From an uncultured Lachnospiraceae bacterium (lineage in GTDB: Bacteria; Bacillota; Clostridia; Lachnospirales; Lachnospiraceae): a DNA stretch of 64,000 nt. The notes under the pieces were generated by a model. That model had not been told where the DNA came from and ran no database searches. It saw only the letters and a program-made list of their open reading frames with translations. Shown piece by piece: positions 38,895-49,500 of this stretch (its first letter is position 1; each line of letters begins with the position of its first letter). The DNA lies in contig CAJUNB010000027.1 in assembly GCA_910587635.1 (NCBI GenBank), positions 36,677 to 100,676 of the forward strand, given 5' to 3'. A program made the translations under genes and the position numbers.

Positions 38895-40041
38895 CCTCTC
38901 CGTCCTTCTCCTGTACTTTTTTCACTCCCTGGGAATCTCCCGTATTTTCCTGTCCGTTTTCATGTATATTCTGGTTGTCGCTGGTAGGTACGATAATATA
39001 GTCTGCCTCCTGTGCCCGTTTCACTGCCATTTTTTCCTGCCGTTTCTTTCGCGCTTTCTTTTCCCGCTTCAGAATAAGTCGGACAATAAGAAGAAGTACA
39101 ATGATGACAATAATCCAGACAAAAATAAATGGTAGGCTGATAATAAAGCCGATTGCCAGATTCTCCAGCCCTCTGATCAGCCTGTATACATTATTGCCAA
39201 AACCATCCGAAATCTTCTGCCATATTGTTTTCTCTGCCACAGGCGTAAGCAGTTCCACTTCATTTATGTTTATGTATACGGTACTGTAATTAACTTGATT
39301 ATCTATCGTGCGCAGTTGGGATTCCATACTTTCGATCTGATAACGAACCTCGGAAAGCCTGCTTTCGATCTCGATAATATCTGCCACAGTTTCCGCTTTC
39401 TCCAACAGTTCCAGCAATCTCTTCTGCTCTGTCAAAAGAGATTTTTTATGAGAATCCAGATCCACATACTGCAATGTGACATCCTGTACCGACTCATTCC
39501 GGTAAATCACATTGGACTGCTCAGCCACTTTATTCACAAAACTGTCCAGGCTTTCACTCGGTACTCTGGCCACAATACTGGCATATCTAGATGTCCCTTT
39601 TGAGTAATCACTGAATGCAGAATTTTCAATATAGCCGCCCAGACTGTTTACCTGCGCCGTAATGTCGAAAACCAGCTTATCATATTCCTTTGTTTCCAGC
39701 TCCAGGTTCACATTTTTAATCAGCTTTTTGGCAACAGTCCCCTCTATATTTTCCTGCCCTTCCTGCGTCACATATGCCTCATCGTCGAACTCATTCAGTT
39801 CAGAGGCGGCAGCATCATCTGCTGCTGCCGCCTCCGCTACTCCCTCTTCAGCGGCCGCCATATCGTATTCTGCCGACTTGGAATAGATACCCCCTCCCGT
39901 ATCGGCCGCATAGGATGCGGTATTTTCCATAGCTATCTCTTCTGTGGCAGCTGCAGATTCATAATAGCTGCTGCCACACGCTGTCAACATAGTGACAGCC
40001 ATCAGCATGCCTGCAAACATCATCCATTTTCTTTTTTTCAT
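38878..40041 (-). CDS. DUF4349-like lipoprotein with C-terminal TM anchor
   Basis: Lipobox LTACGSS, a coiled-coil-like middle, a C-terminal hydrophobic helix, then a basic/acidic tail. Confidence 0.6.
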   Translation of the reverse strand: MKKRKWMMFAGMLMAVTMLTACGSSYYESAAATEEIAMENTASYAADTGGGIYSKSAEYDMAAAEEGVAEAAAADDAAASELNEFDDEAYVTQEGQENIEGTVAKKLIKNVNLELETKEYDKLVFDITAQVNSLGGYIENSAFSDYSKGTSRYASIVARVPSESLDSFVNKVAEQSNVIYRNESVQDVTLQYVDLDSHKKSLLTEQKRLLELLEKAETVADIIEIESRLSEVRYQIESMESQLRTIDNQVNYSTVYININEVELLTPVAEKTIWQKISDGFGNNVYRLIRGLENLAIGFIISLPFIFVWIIVIIVLLLIVRLILKREKKARKKRQEKMAVKRAQEADYIIVPTSDNQNIHENGQENTGDSQGVKKVQEKDGEDGTTV

Positions 40042-40066
40042 AATCTCATCCTCCCCGTTTCTTTTC

Positions 40067-43024
40067 TTATCTCAGTCTGTCAAATGATACCGTTTTCTCT
40101 CCTCCTCCTGATAAATGCTCCAGATGCCCAAACAGCTCTTTCTGTTCCCTGATCTTTCCTTCATTCCCCACGACGCAAAGACAATCATAAGATAAAAAGT
40201 CATCCAGATACTCTGCAAGCGCCCTGATATCTTCTACTTTTGCGCCCAACATCTCATCCCGCTCTTTCTGTATCTCTTCCCAAGTGACATTTGTCAGATA
40301 AGCTGTCATAGAACGGGCTCCCTTTGCGGCGGGCGTCAGAGGCATATCATTCTCACTCACTGCACCGATAACAAATTTTGTCATAGTCCGTTCATCTGCC
40401 TCAAATGACCTGACATAGGCGGATGCCTGTTCGTAGACTTCTATCGTTCTTTCCAGATTCGGATCTCTATAAGAGACAAAATAGCTGTCCCCGGATCTGC
40501 CAAAGCTGCACATACAGCCATAGGCACCGCCTCTCACCCGCACCTGGCTCCACAGATACTCATAACCCATGATCACTTTCAATACCTTCAGTGCCCCGGT
40601 GTAAGGATGACCCTTTTTGATAAAATTACCTGCCCGGCACACATACTGAATCTGCGCAGAAGACATAAATCCTTCGTTTTTCTTTTCTGTGTGGGGTCTG
40701 TAGTTTTCTTTTTTCACAGGCTCCGTATGCAATGCTGCTTTCAGCCTGCCTACAGCCTCTGTCAGGCCCTGGTTCCCCTCATCCTGCGCCGTATAGTCCA
40801 CAAACAAATTTTCAGGTCGGAATATCACCTGCGTCAGACGCTTCAATTTCTCTATAACATCCCGTTTCTTTTCTTCAAAATGATCGTCAATCTCTTCCAA
40901 CAGACGATAGATGGAAAGACCGCTAAACTGTTCCGAAACAGCGGCCGGCCCGGAAAAATAAGACATGGCACGCAGCGCTGCAACGGTATGACCACTGCTC
41001 ATAAAGCTAGCCTGTACCCTGGAACGGGCCTCACTTATAATTTCATGAAGCCGTTTTTCATCATCCAAAACTGTTTCCAATATCATTTCCTGCATCAATA
41101 CAAAAGCCTTATCCAGATTTTTATAGAGGACTTTTGATTTGATTTCAAACATAACTCTATACTCATCCAAATTTTTGGAATTGACATACGTATTGACTGC
41201 CGTAGCGATGCCACCGGTGTACAGATTGATCTCATTGAAAAAGTCACTGTAATGATAGTGCTGCGTACTCATCAGACCAAGAACCGCCTTATAAATACCC
41301 GCATAGGGGAACAGGTCTTCCGGCACATGTTTCATGTCAAACAATAGTCTAATATAACCGATCCCGTTCGTATAGATATCATGGTGCAAAATGACAGTTC
41401 CACCGTATTCTTCAATCCGATTCACATAGGAATCTGCCTTCTTTTTCAAATCTTCCCGCCCAAGAAGCGGAATCGTCTCCAGTGCCTCTTTTGTATCCGG
41501 CGTCTCCTGATAAGCAGCAAGCGCCTTTGTCTCCTCGATGATCTCTAAAATGTTCTCTCTGCTCATGGAAGCCTTCAATCCGGCAAGCTTCTCCCTCTGC
41601 CGCCTCTCCTCTTCCATAGCCAAGTTCCGCACCGGCTCCACCATCACCACAGAGCTGTGAGCATTGTCCAGCAAATATGTCCTGATCAGTTTTTCGAAAT
41701 AATCCTTCTCTGCCTTCTCTTTCATACCGGCAAAGGTTTCCTCCGCCTCCACATGAAGAAAAGGCTGTCTGTCATCATAGAGCCAACTGTCCAGCATCTG
41801 CAGACCGTACATCAATCCTTTCGGATAGGAGCCAAAGTCCGCCTCTTTGTATTTGAACTCATAATAATTAATGGCCGCTTTCAGCGCTTTTTTATCAATG
41901 CCATCACGACACAGTCCTTCCAGCGTCTCCCTGATCAGTGTCAGGAAAGACTCTTTCTGAGAAATATCCGCATTTTTGGATACAATGCTGAAATAGGGCT
42001 GTTTGATACCGTTTTCATAAATACTGTAAATGTCCTTGCCGATTCCCGCGTCAATCAAAGCCTGTTTTAACGGTGCGCCGGGAGCAGAACAGAGCACATA
42101 ATCCAGAATCTGAAACGCCAGATACAGATCTCTGTCAAGACTCGTGCCAATGACTGTATTATAAGCCAGATAGGCATTGCCCTTCACCGGTTCGCTGTCC
42201 GTTATGGAATATTCTTTCTTCACTTCTACCGGCCTTGCAAAATGCTCCTGCATTTCAATGTCGGAATCCACAGTAATGGCATCAAATTGTGATAAATACT
42301 CCTGATCCAGCCATGCCAGCCGCTCTGCCATATCCATATTGCCATACAGATAAATGTAGCTGTTGGAAGGATGATAGTATTTACTGTGAAATTCCAGGAA
42401 ATCTTCATAAGTCAGCCCCGGTATATGAGCCGGATCGCCTCCGGATTCCACCCCATAGGACGTATCCGGGAAAAGAGAGTTAAACACTTCCCTGTCCAGC
42501 ATATCGTCAGGGGAGGAAAACGCCCCTTTCATCTCGTTATAGACGACACCGTTAATCTTCAGCTCATCATCTTCTTTTTCCAGCTCATAGTGCCAGCCTT
42601 CCTGACGGAAAATTTTTTCTTCTCTATATATATTCGGATAAAATACTGCATCCAAATAGACATGCATGAGATTCTGAAAATCTTTGTCATTGCAGCTTGC
42701 CGCCGGATACACAGTCTTGTCAGGATAGGTCATGGCATTTAAAAAGGTATTCAGAGAACCCTGGACAAGCTCTACAAATGGGTCCTTTACCGGAAAGTGT
42801 TTCGAGCCGCAAAGCACCGAATGCTCCAAAATATGCGCCACCCCCGTACTGTCTTTCGGAGGTGTACGGAACCCGATATAGAATACTTTATTTTCGTCCT
42901 CGTTGGATAAAAGAGCTACTCTGGCTCCTGTCTTTTTATGCCGCAGTAAACAACTTTCAGAGTTCAGTTCTCCTATTTTGCGCTGCTCCACGATCTCATA
43001 TGCTGTACATGATTTTAAATCCAT
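40067..43024 (-). CDS. M16C insulinase-family Zn metallopeptidase (PreP-like)
   Basis: 985 aa with the inverted zinc motif HILEHSVLCGS (HxxEH) near the N-terminus. Confidence 0.88.
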   Translation of the reverse strand: MDLKSCTAYEIVEQRKIGELNSESCLLRHKKTGARVALLSNEDENKVFYIGFRTPPKDSTGVAHILEHSVLCGSKHFPVKDPFVELVQGSLNTFLNAMTYPDKTVYPAASCNDKDFQNLMHVYLDAVFYPNIYREEKIFRQEGWHYELEKEDDELKINGVVYNEMKGAFSSPDDMLDREVFNSLFPDTSYGVESGGDPAHIPGLTYEDFLEFHSKYYHPSNSYIYLYGNMDMAERLAWLDQEYLSQFDAITVDSDIEMQEHFARPVEVKKEYSITDSEPVKGNAYLAYNTVIGTSLDRDLYLAFQILDYVLCSAPGAPLKQALIDAGIGKDIYSIYENGIKQPYFSIVSKNADISQKESFLTLIRETLEGLCRDGIDKKALKAAINYYEFKYKEADFGSYPKGLMYGLQMLDSWLYDDRQPFLHVEAEETFAGMKEKAEKDYFEKLIRTYLLDNAHSSVVMVEPVRNLAMEEERRQREKLAGLKASMSRENILEIIEETKALAAYQETPDTKEALETIPLLGREDLKKKADSYVNRIEEYGGTVILHHDIYTNGIGYIRLLFDMKHVPEDLFPYAGIYKAVLGLMSTQHYHYSDFFNEINLYTGGIATAVNTYVNSKNLDEYRVMFEIKSKVLYKNLDKAFVLMQEMILETVLDDEKRLHEIISEARSRVQASFMSSGHTVAALRAMSYFSGPAAVSEQFSGLSIYRLLEEIDDHFEEKKRDVIEKLKRLTQVIFRPENLFVDYTAQDEGNQGLTEAVGRLKAALHTEPVKKENYRPHTEKKNEGFMSSAQIQYVCRAGNFIKKGHPYTGALKVLKVIMGYEYLWSQVRVRGGAYGCMCSFGRSGDSYFVSYRDPNLERTIEVYEQASAYVRSFEADERTMTKFVIGAVSENDMPLTPAAKGARSMTAYLTNVTWEEIQKERDEMLGAKVEDIRALAEYLDDFLSYDCLCVVGNEGKIREQKELFGHLEHLSGGGEKTVSFDRLR

Positions 43025-43130
43025 AAACGCCTCCGCATTTTTAATTTATAACAATAGGAAAATACAATAAGTTTTCTCCCATGCTGTTTATAGTATAACA
43101 CTTCATATTGAAATTATAAAAGGAAAGCAT

Positions 43131-43159
43131 TTGACAAAATTCCCGCTGCCGTGTATCTT
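43131..43159 (+). promoter_or_regulatory. Candidate sigma-70 promoter for the EamA gene
   Basis: TTGACA, 17-nt spacer, TATCTT, about 75 nt upstream of the ATG at 43234. Confidence 0.35.
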
Positions 43160-43233
43160 TTTGTCTGTCAGACAGCATTCATGCCATAGCTCTCGGCAAT
43201 GGAAATTCAGGACCATCCAAGGAGGAACCCGTT

Positions 43234-44154
43234 ATGTCCGTTATAAACACAGATACGATGACAGCCAGTGTCAAAAAAAGAACCGGTATCCTGATCACAC
43301 TGGCAGGCGGGTGTCTCTGGGGATTCTCCGGCGCCTGTGGACAGTATCTGTTCACCTATAAAGATGCCTGCTCCGACTGGCTTGTACCTATCCGGCTTAC
43401 CACGGCAGGTCTTTTGCTCGTACTGTATTATCTGTTCAGACGTCCTGAAGACAACAGACGGATATGGACCAATCCCGGAAATACTGTCACCCTGATTCTT
43501 TATGGCATCCTGGGTATGATGCTCTGTCAATACTCCTATTTCCGGGCAATCGAGACTTCCAATGCCGGTACCGCCACTGTACTCCAGTACCTCTCTCCCG
43601 TCCTTATCATGCTTGTCATGTGTATATGGGAGAGGCGTCTGCCCAGTATGATTCACATGCTTTCTATTCTGCTGGCCCTGGCAGGTATCTATCTGCTGGC
43701 TACTCATGGACAGCCCGGACAGCTCGTAGTCTCAGGACAGACTCTGTTCTGGGGACTCTTTTCCGCCGTCACTGTGGTACTTTACAATCTGATTCCCCGT
43801 GGACTGATGAATATTTACCCCACACCATTTCTCCTGGGCTGGGCAATGCTCATCGGCGGTATCTCCCTTGGCCTTCTGCGCAGGCCCTGGCAGTTCCGCC
43901 CTGTCATAGACTCTGCAACAGTCCTTTGTCTGACAGCTGTCATCCTTTTCGGTACCATTGCCGCCTTTTCCCTGTATATGCAGGGTGTCAAGCTCATCGG
44001 ACCGGAACAGGCCAGCCTCTATGCCTGCATAGAACCGGTAGCCGCTACACTTTTTTCTGCTCTCTGGCTCCATACATCCTTTACAGGTATGGATTTTTTC
44101 GGTTTCCTGTGCATTCTCTCTACTTTGTTCCTGATTACGTTATTCGGAAGGTAA
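43234..44154 (+). CDS. EamA/DMT-family transporter
   Basis: 306 aa, ten predicted TM helices in two EamA-like halves. RBS AAGGAGG. Confidence 0.82.
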   Translation: MSVINTDTMTASVKKRTGILITLAGGCLWGFSGACGQYLFTYKDACSDWLVPIRLTTAGLLLVLYYLFRRPEDNRRIWTNPGNTVTLILYGILGMMLCQYSYFRAIETSNAGTATVLQYLSPVLIMLVMCIWERRLPSMIHMLSILLALAGIYLLATHGQPGQLVVSGQTLFWGLFSAVTVVLYNLIPRGLMNIYPTPFLLGWAMLIGGISLGLLRRPWQFRPVIDSATVLCLTAVILFGTIAAFSLYMQGVKLIGPEQASLYACIEPVAATLFSALWLHTSFTGMDFFGFLCILSTLFLITLFGR

Positions 44155-44230
44155 GGAAACTGCCGTATAAAGATTGTGAACATTTTCGGTCAAAAGTACA
44201 GATGACGGAATACCAACGCAAAAAAATCCG

Positions 44231-44641
44231 TTACAGACTCATCATCATAATCTGAAGCTTGGATATCATCATTTCCTCCACGACGATCTCATCCATATGC
44301 TCTTTCCACTGTTCATTTTTCATAATTTCATCGATGGTATGATACTCGCTTCTGTACTGCCATGTTCCCCTTCTCGATAATACCGGAAAGTTCATTTTAA
44401 ATCTGACTTTCATCTGCTTATATACCATATAGGAAATGTCTGTATCTTTTATAAAAAAAATGTGATTTTCCGGACTCGTATCTTCCGCCACATCTTTCAG
44501 GATATAGTGACTTAAAATCGCTTTGAATTTAAAAGGAATCTCATCCGTGTCCATCATTTCCCGATACGTATATTTAGCTCCGATATACAGTCTTGATACA
44601 TCCTGCATCACATATTTGAAATCACGATTTTCCGCTTCCAT
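44231..44641 (-). CDS. Hypothetical protein, 136 aa
   Basis: The ORF overlaps the upstream sigma-like gene by 20 nt (translational coupling). I recognise no motif. Confidence 0.5.
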   Translation of the reverse strand: MEAENRDFKYVMQDVSRLYIGAKYTYREMMDTDEIPFKFKAILSHYILKDVAEDTSPENHIFFIKDTDISYMVYKQMKVRFKMNFPVLSRRGTWQYRSEYHTIDEIMKNEQWKEHMDEIVVEEMMISKLQIMMMSL

Positions 44642-45377
44642 CCATATCCTCTATCTCTTCTATCTTGCCGGCAGAAAGGCGCAGCGCCTCTCGAATCTCT
44701 TCTTCTGGGATCTCTGATTCTCTGGCCAGCTCCATCACCGTTACCTTGCGGAGCAGCACATCCGAAAGCTCCTTGGCGGCATCCTTTACCCTGTTCACCC
44801 GCTCCGCCGCCTGTTTACCGATATCTCCCGACAGAGCATGAGCTGCAATAAAGGCTTCCATGGCATCCATCATCCTCCGGCCCAGCATCCCTTCCGCTTC
44901 TGTCGGATCTTCCAATGCTCCCAGCAGTTCCATACCGGAGACAAGCGCCACATTTCCTTCTCCGATCAACTCTTCCATCCCCACGCCCTGTCCTGCGTAC
45001 AGTTTCGCCAAATCTGCCACCTGAGGCAGATAAATGCAGATCAGCTTGTCCCTGGCACCCATCTTGCCTGCCATGGCCTGCTGGATATATTTCATTTTCT
45101 CCGATTCACACACAGGCTCCAGCATGGAAACCTGCCCAAGATAAGTTTCCAGATAATTTCTATCCGCATCATCCAGAAAATCGTCCATATCTGCGGGCTC
45201 TCCGATCCCCACACCCCGCTTATGCAAATAATCATGTATAAGAGCGAGCTGGGAGTCCTCCAGGGCAAGCCAGGCAAATGACTCGTTTATTTCCTCTTCC
45301 GAAATAATATTCCCTTGTTCTTTTGCCTTTTTTCTTATCTTTTCCAGTGTCTGACCGAATCTGACTTCTTTGTCCAT
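44622..45377 (-). CDS. Truncated sigma-70 (RpoD)-like protein: regions 1.1, 1.2, 2.1-2.2 and 3.0-like only
   Basis: ARDKLICIYLPQVADLAKLYAGQGVGMEELIGEGNVALVSGM aligns by eye with RpoD regions 2.1-2.2 (...LRLVVSIAKRY.GRG...LIQEGNIGLMKAV). There is no aromatic 2.3/2.4 segment. A region-3-like HTH is present (VTVMELARESEIPEEEIREAL). The protein ends before region 4. Confidence 0.55.
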   Translation of the reverse strand: MDKEVRFGQTLEKIRKKAKEQGNIISEEEINESFAWLALEDSQLALIHDYLHKRGVGIGEPADMDDFLDDADRNYLETYLGQVSMLEPVCESEKMKYIQQAMAGKMGARDKLICIYLPQVADLAKLYAGQGVGMEELIGEGNVALVSGMELLGALEDPTEAEGMLGRRMMDAMEAFIAAHALSGDIGKQAAERVNRVKDAAKELSDVLLRKVTVMELARESEIPEEEIREALRLSAGKIEEIEDMDGSGKS

Positions 45378-45393
45378 AAACGCACGCTCCTTA

Positions 45394-46296
45394 TCAATGC
45401 CGTTTTACATGCTCATGGGTAAACAGATGATCCTGGCAATATTCATAGTTTCCTTCGCACTTGGAGCAGAAACGAAACTCCAGATTACCATCCTGTTCCG
45501 TACGCCCACAAATAGCACATTTGTGCCGGGTCGTTCCCATCTCCTTTTTCACTTCCTGTCGAAATACCTGACGCCTGCGCATCTGTCGGGGACTTATACG
45601 GGCCATATTCCGGGTGGCCAGGAAAAATATAATGACATTCAGTAAAGAAGCGCCGATAATAATCCGTCCGGCTGCTCCGCTTAAAACGAAAGCATACAGT
45701 GTCAAGCCCACATCCATAAGACCGAGCCATTTGATTTTGACCGGTATCACAAAAAACAGATATACCTGCATCTCAGGATATGTCAGAGCAAATGCAAGAA
45801 AAATGGAAAGATTTACATAATAGGTGCTGAAAGAAACAAACAGATACCCTATCTCTTCCGTAAAAAAGGACATTGCTCCTGTCATGGCAATCTGTGGACC
45901 AAACAGGATATAGCAATAAGCCAGTAATACAAAACTGCCCAGAACAGTAAAGAAAAAGCCCCCAAACAAAAACAGATTGTAGCGAAAAGACCCCCAGGTA
46001 CGTTCCAGCGTCGTCCCAATCCAATAGTAGAAGTACAGGGATAAAATCGTAAATACAATGTTAAAGCCGGTAGGAGGAACAAGAATCCACGTCAGAAGCC
46101 TCCACACCTGTCCCCGCAGCACGAGATAAGGATTCAGAGTCAGATAATTCAGAAATCCATAATTGACGATTTGTATGGCATAGCCGAAACCATAACAGAT
46201 AATCAAAACGAGAGACAGATTCTGAATGGCATATCTGCCCAATTTTTTTTCCAGTTTATTCATAAAATTCATATCCAGATTCTCCTTCACATACAA
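45394..46296 (-). CDS. Rhomboid-like polytopic membrane protein with C-terminal Cys4 Zn-ribbon, apparently lacking the Ser/His dyad
   Basis: GQVWRLLTWILVPP and IGTTLERTWGSFRY resemble rhomboid TM2/L1 motifs. I could not find GxSG or the TM6 His. The cytoplasmic tail is HKCAICGRTEQDGNLEFRFCSKCEG. Confidence 0.45.
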   Translation of the reverse strand: MYVKENLDMNFMNKLEKKLGRYAIQNLSLVLIICYGFGYAIQIVNYGFLNYLTLNPYLVLRGQVWRLLTWILVPPTGFNIVFTILSLYFYYWIGTTLERTWGSFRYNLFLFGGFFFTVLGSFVLLAYCYILFGPQIAMTGAMSFFTEEIGYLFVSFSTYYVNLSIFLAFALTYPEMQVYLFFVIPVKIKWLGLMDVGLTLYAFVLSGAAGRIIIGASLLNVIIFFLATRNMARISPRQMRRRQVFRQEVKKEMGTTRHKCAICGRTEQDGNLEFRFCSKCEGNYEYCQDHLFTHEHVKRH

Positions 46297-46452
46297 ATAT
46301 ATTCTATCATTCCAATATCCAAAAGTAAACTGAACATTTTCTAAAGATTTCCTCCTGGTCCAATTTACTATTTCTCACGGACTTTGCAACAAGTACAAAG
46401 TCCTGGGCTGAACTGTTACGATTTTCTTCCATATTTTTAATATTTTGAGGCG

Positions 46453-46481
46453 TTGCATTTTGTAGAAACCTGTCGTATAAT
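46453..46481 (+). promoter_or_regulatory. Near-consensus sigma-70 promoter
   Basis: TTGCAT (46453-46458), 17-nt spacer, TATAAT (46476-46481), 58 nt upstream of the ATG at 46540. Confidence 0.5.
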
Positions 46482-46539
46482 ATTCAGGGTTTTGTCAAAT
46501 ACAGTACCTATTTTAATAAGAAGAAAGAGTGATCATTTT

Positions 46540-49500
46540 ATGAATCGTTCGCAGTATTATTTAGGAATCGATATCGGTTCCACTACAGTTAAAATAGCTA
46601 TTTTGGATGGCCAGAATACCATCCTGTTTTCTGATTACAAAAGACATTTTGCAAATATAAGAGAAACCCTTGCCGATCTGTTACAGGAAGCCGGAGAAAA
46701 ACTTGGTAATATTACGATGCATCCTGTCATCACCGGTTCTGGTGGGCTGGCTCTTGCCAACCATCTCCAGATTCCTTTCGTTCAGGAAGTTATCGCTGTT
46801 GCCACTTCTCTGGAAACCTTTGCCCCGAAGACTGATGTGGCAATCGAGCTCGGCGGAGAAGACGCCAAAATCATTTATTTCGGAGGCGGCAACGTGGAAC
46901 AGCGCATGAACGGTATCTGCGCAGGCGGTACAGGTTCCTTTATTGACCAGATGGCATCTCTGCTCCAAACAGATGCATCCGGTCTCAATGAGTATGCCAA
47001 AGATTATAAGTCACTATACACGATTGCAGCCCGCTGCGGCGTCTTCGCCAAATCGGATATCCAGCCCCTGATCAATGACGGCGCCACAAAAGAAGATCTG
47101 TCTGCCTCTATTTTTCAGGCAGTGGTGAACCAGACAATCAGTGGACTTGCCTGTGGCAAACCAATCCGGGGATACGTTGCTTTTCTGGGAGGTCCTCTCC
47201 ATTTCCTCTCAGAACTGAAAGCTGCCTTTATCCGTACATTGAAGCTGGATGAAGAACATATTATCGATACTGATAATTCTCATCTCTTTGCTGCCATAGG
47301 CTCCGCTTTAAACGCCAAAGAAAATACGATAGTGACGATGGAGGAAATGGCCCATAAGCTTTCTTCCGATATCCAAATGGAATTTGAAGTGGAACGGATG
47401 GAACCCCTGTTCTCCTCCAGGGAAGAATATGACAGTTTCCGCAGACGCCATGATTCTCACCGGGTGGAAAAAGCAGATCTTGACAGTTATCAGGGACGAT
47501 GCTATCTCGGTATTGATGCGGGAAGCACCACTACCAAGATTGCTCTTGTAGGAGAAGACGGTTCACTCCTCTACTCCTTTTATTCCGGCAATAACGGCAG
47601 CCCGTTAAAAACTGCCATCGGCGCTCTGAAAGATATCTATGCCAAACTGCCGGAAGGGGTAACGATTGTCCGCTCCTGCTCCACCGGATACGGGGAAGCT
47701 CTGATGAAAGCTGCTTTTCTCCTGGACGACGGAGAAGTGGAAACAGTGGCCCACTACTATGCGGCTGCCTTCTTTGATCCCGATGTGGACTGTATCCTGG
47801 ATATCGGCGGCCAGGATATGAAATGTATTAAAATCAAGAATCAGACTGTGGACAGCGTACAGCTCAATGAGGCATGTTCTTCCGGTTGTGGTTCTTTCAT
47901 TGAGACTTTTGCAAAGTCCCTGAATTACAGTGTAGAAGACTTCGCTTCCGCGGCTCTGTTTGCCGAGCATCCCATCGATCTCGGTACACGCTGTACCGTA
48001 TTTATGAATTCCAAGGTGAAACAAGCCCAGAAAGAGGGGGCGGAAGTGGCAGATATTTCCGCCGGACTGGCTTATTCTGTCATTAAAAACGCTCTGTTTA
48101 AAGTGATCAAAGTATCCGATGCTTCGGAACTGGGAAAACAGATCGTAGTGCAGGGCGGTACTTTTTATAATGATGCTGTCCTGAGAAGTTTCGAACTTAT
48201 CGCCGGATGCAAAGCGATCCGTCCCGATATCGCCGGTATCATGGGTGCTTTTGGTGCTGCACTGATCGCCCGGGAACGTTTCCTGGCGGAAACAGATTAT
48301 GAAACGACAATGCTGTCTCTTGACAGAATCAACGCTCTGCAATTTGAAACAAGCATGGCGAAATGCAAAGGCTGTACGAACAGCTGTCGTCTCACCATCA
48401 ATAAATTCACCGGTGGCAGACAGTATATTTCCGGCAACCGCTGCGAACGGGGTATCGGCAAAAAGAAAAATGAAAACAATGTGCCAAATCTGTATGAATA
48501 TAAACTACACCGTGTTTTCGATTATGAACCTCTCTCACCGGACAACGCCCCCCGGGGCCAGGTTGGTATTCCGAGAGTGCTGAATATGTATGAGAACTAC
48601 CCGTTCTGGTTTACTTTCTTTACGGATCTGGGATATGAAGTGGTACTTTCTCCTGTTTCCAACCGCAAAATTTATGAACTGGGTATCGAATCTATCCCCA
48701 GCGAATCCGAATGTTATCCTGCCAAGCTGGCTCACGGGCATGTAACTTGGTTGCTGCGCAAAAAAGTTCCCTTTATCTTCTATCCGGCTCTTTTCTATGA
48801 GCGAAACGAATTTGAAGAAGCCAACAATCACTATAACTGTCCGATTGTCACCTCTTATTCGGAAAATATAAAAAACAATATTGATGAAATCAGTCAGGGA
48901 AGAGTCAGATTCTGCAATCCGTTTATGTCCTTTCGTGATATAACCACGGTAACGGATGCGCTTATCCGGGAATTTCAGGAAATTACCCCGGAAGATATCC
49001 GGGCAGCTGCCGCTCATGGCTGGCAGGAACTTGCAAACGCCCGGGAGGATATCCGTAAAAAGGGAGAGGAAACGATACAGTATCTACAGGAAACCGGCAA
49101 ACGGGGCATTGTCCTTGCAGGTCGTCCCTATCATATCGACCCGGAAATCCATCATGGGATTCCCGAACTGATCACCGGCTATGATATGGCAGTGCTCACA
49201 GAAGATTCTATCTGCCATCTGGCAGCTCCGGAACGGCCTCTCATCGTTTCCGATCAGTGGATGTATCATTCCCGGCTGTACGCCGCCGCATCCTACGTCC
49301 GCCTTACGGACAATCTGGACCTGATCCAGCTCAATTCCTTCGGCTGTGGTCTGGATGCTGTGACTACCGACCAGGTAAATGATATCCTCTCTGGCTCAGA
49401 CAAAATCTATACATGTCTGAAAATAGATGAAGTCAACAATCTGGGCGCCGCCAGAATCCGTATTCGTTCCCTGATTTCTGCCCTCCGGGTCAGAGAAAGA

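Noticed and set aside
43166-43176. An 11-nt palindrome GTCTG-T-CAGAC in the EamA leader as a possible operator or riboswitch stem.
   Set aside because: It is too short to be distinguished from chance. I could not fit the rest of the 75-nt leader to any riboswitch class I know.
43464-44255. A 263-aa same-strand alternative-frame ORF inside the EamA transporter gene.
   Set aside because: The translation is Pro/Arg/His/Cys-rich and has no TM pattern or motif. The annotated frame gives a clean 10-TM EamA protein with a strong RBS. This is most likely a compositional artefact.
46380-46404. A hairpin GGACTTTG-caacaagta-CAAAGTCC in the divergent region upstream of the activase gene.
   Set aside because: There is no T-tract on either side. 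It lies between two divergent promoters, where a terminator makes no sense. It may be an operator, but there is no second copy or supporting context.
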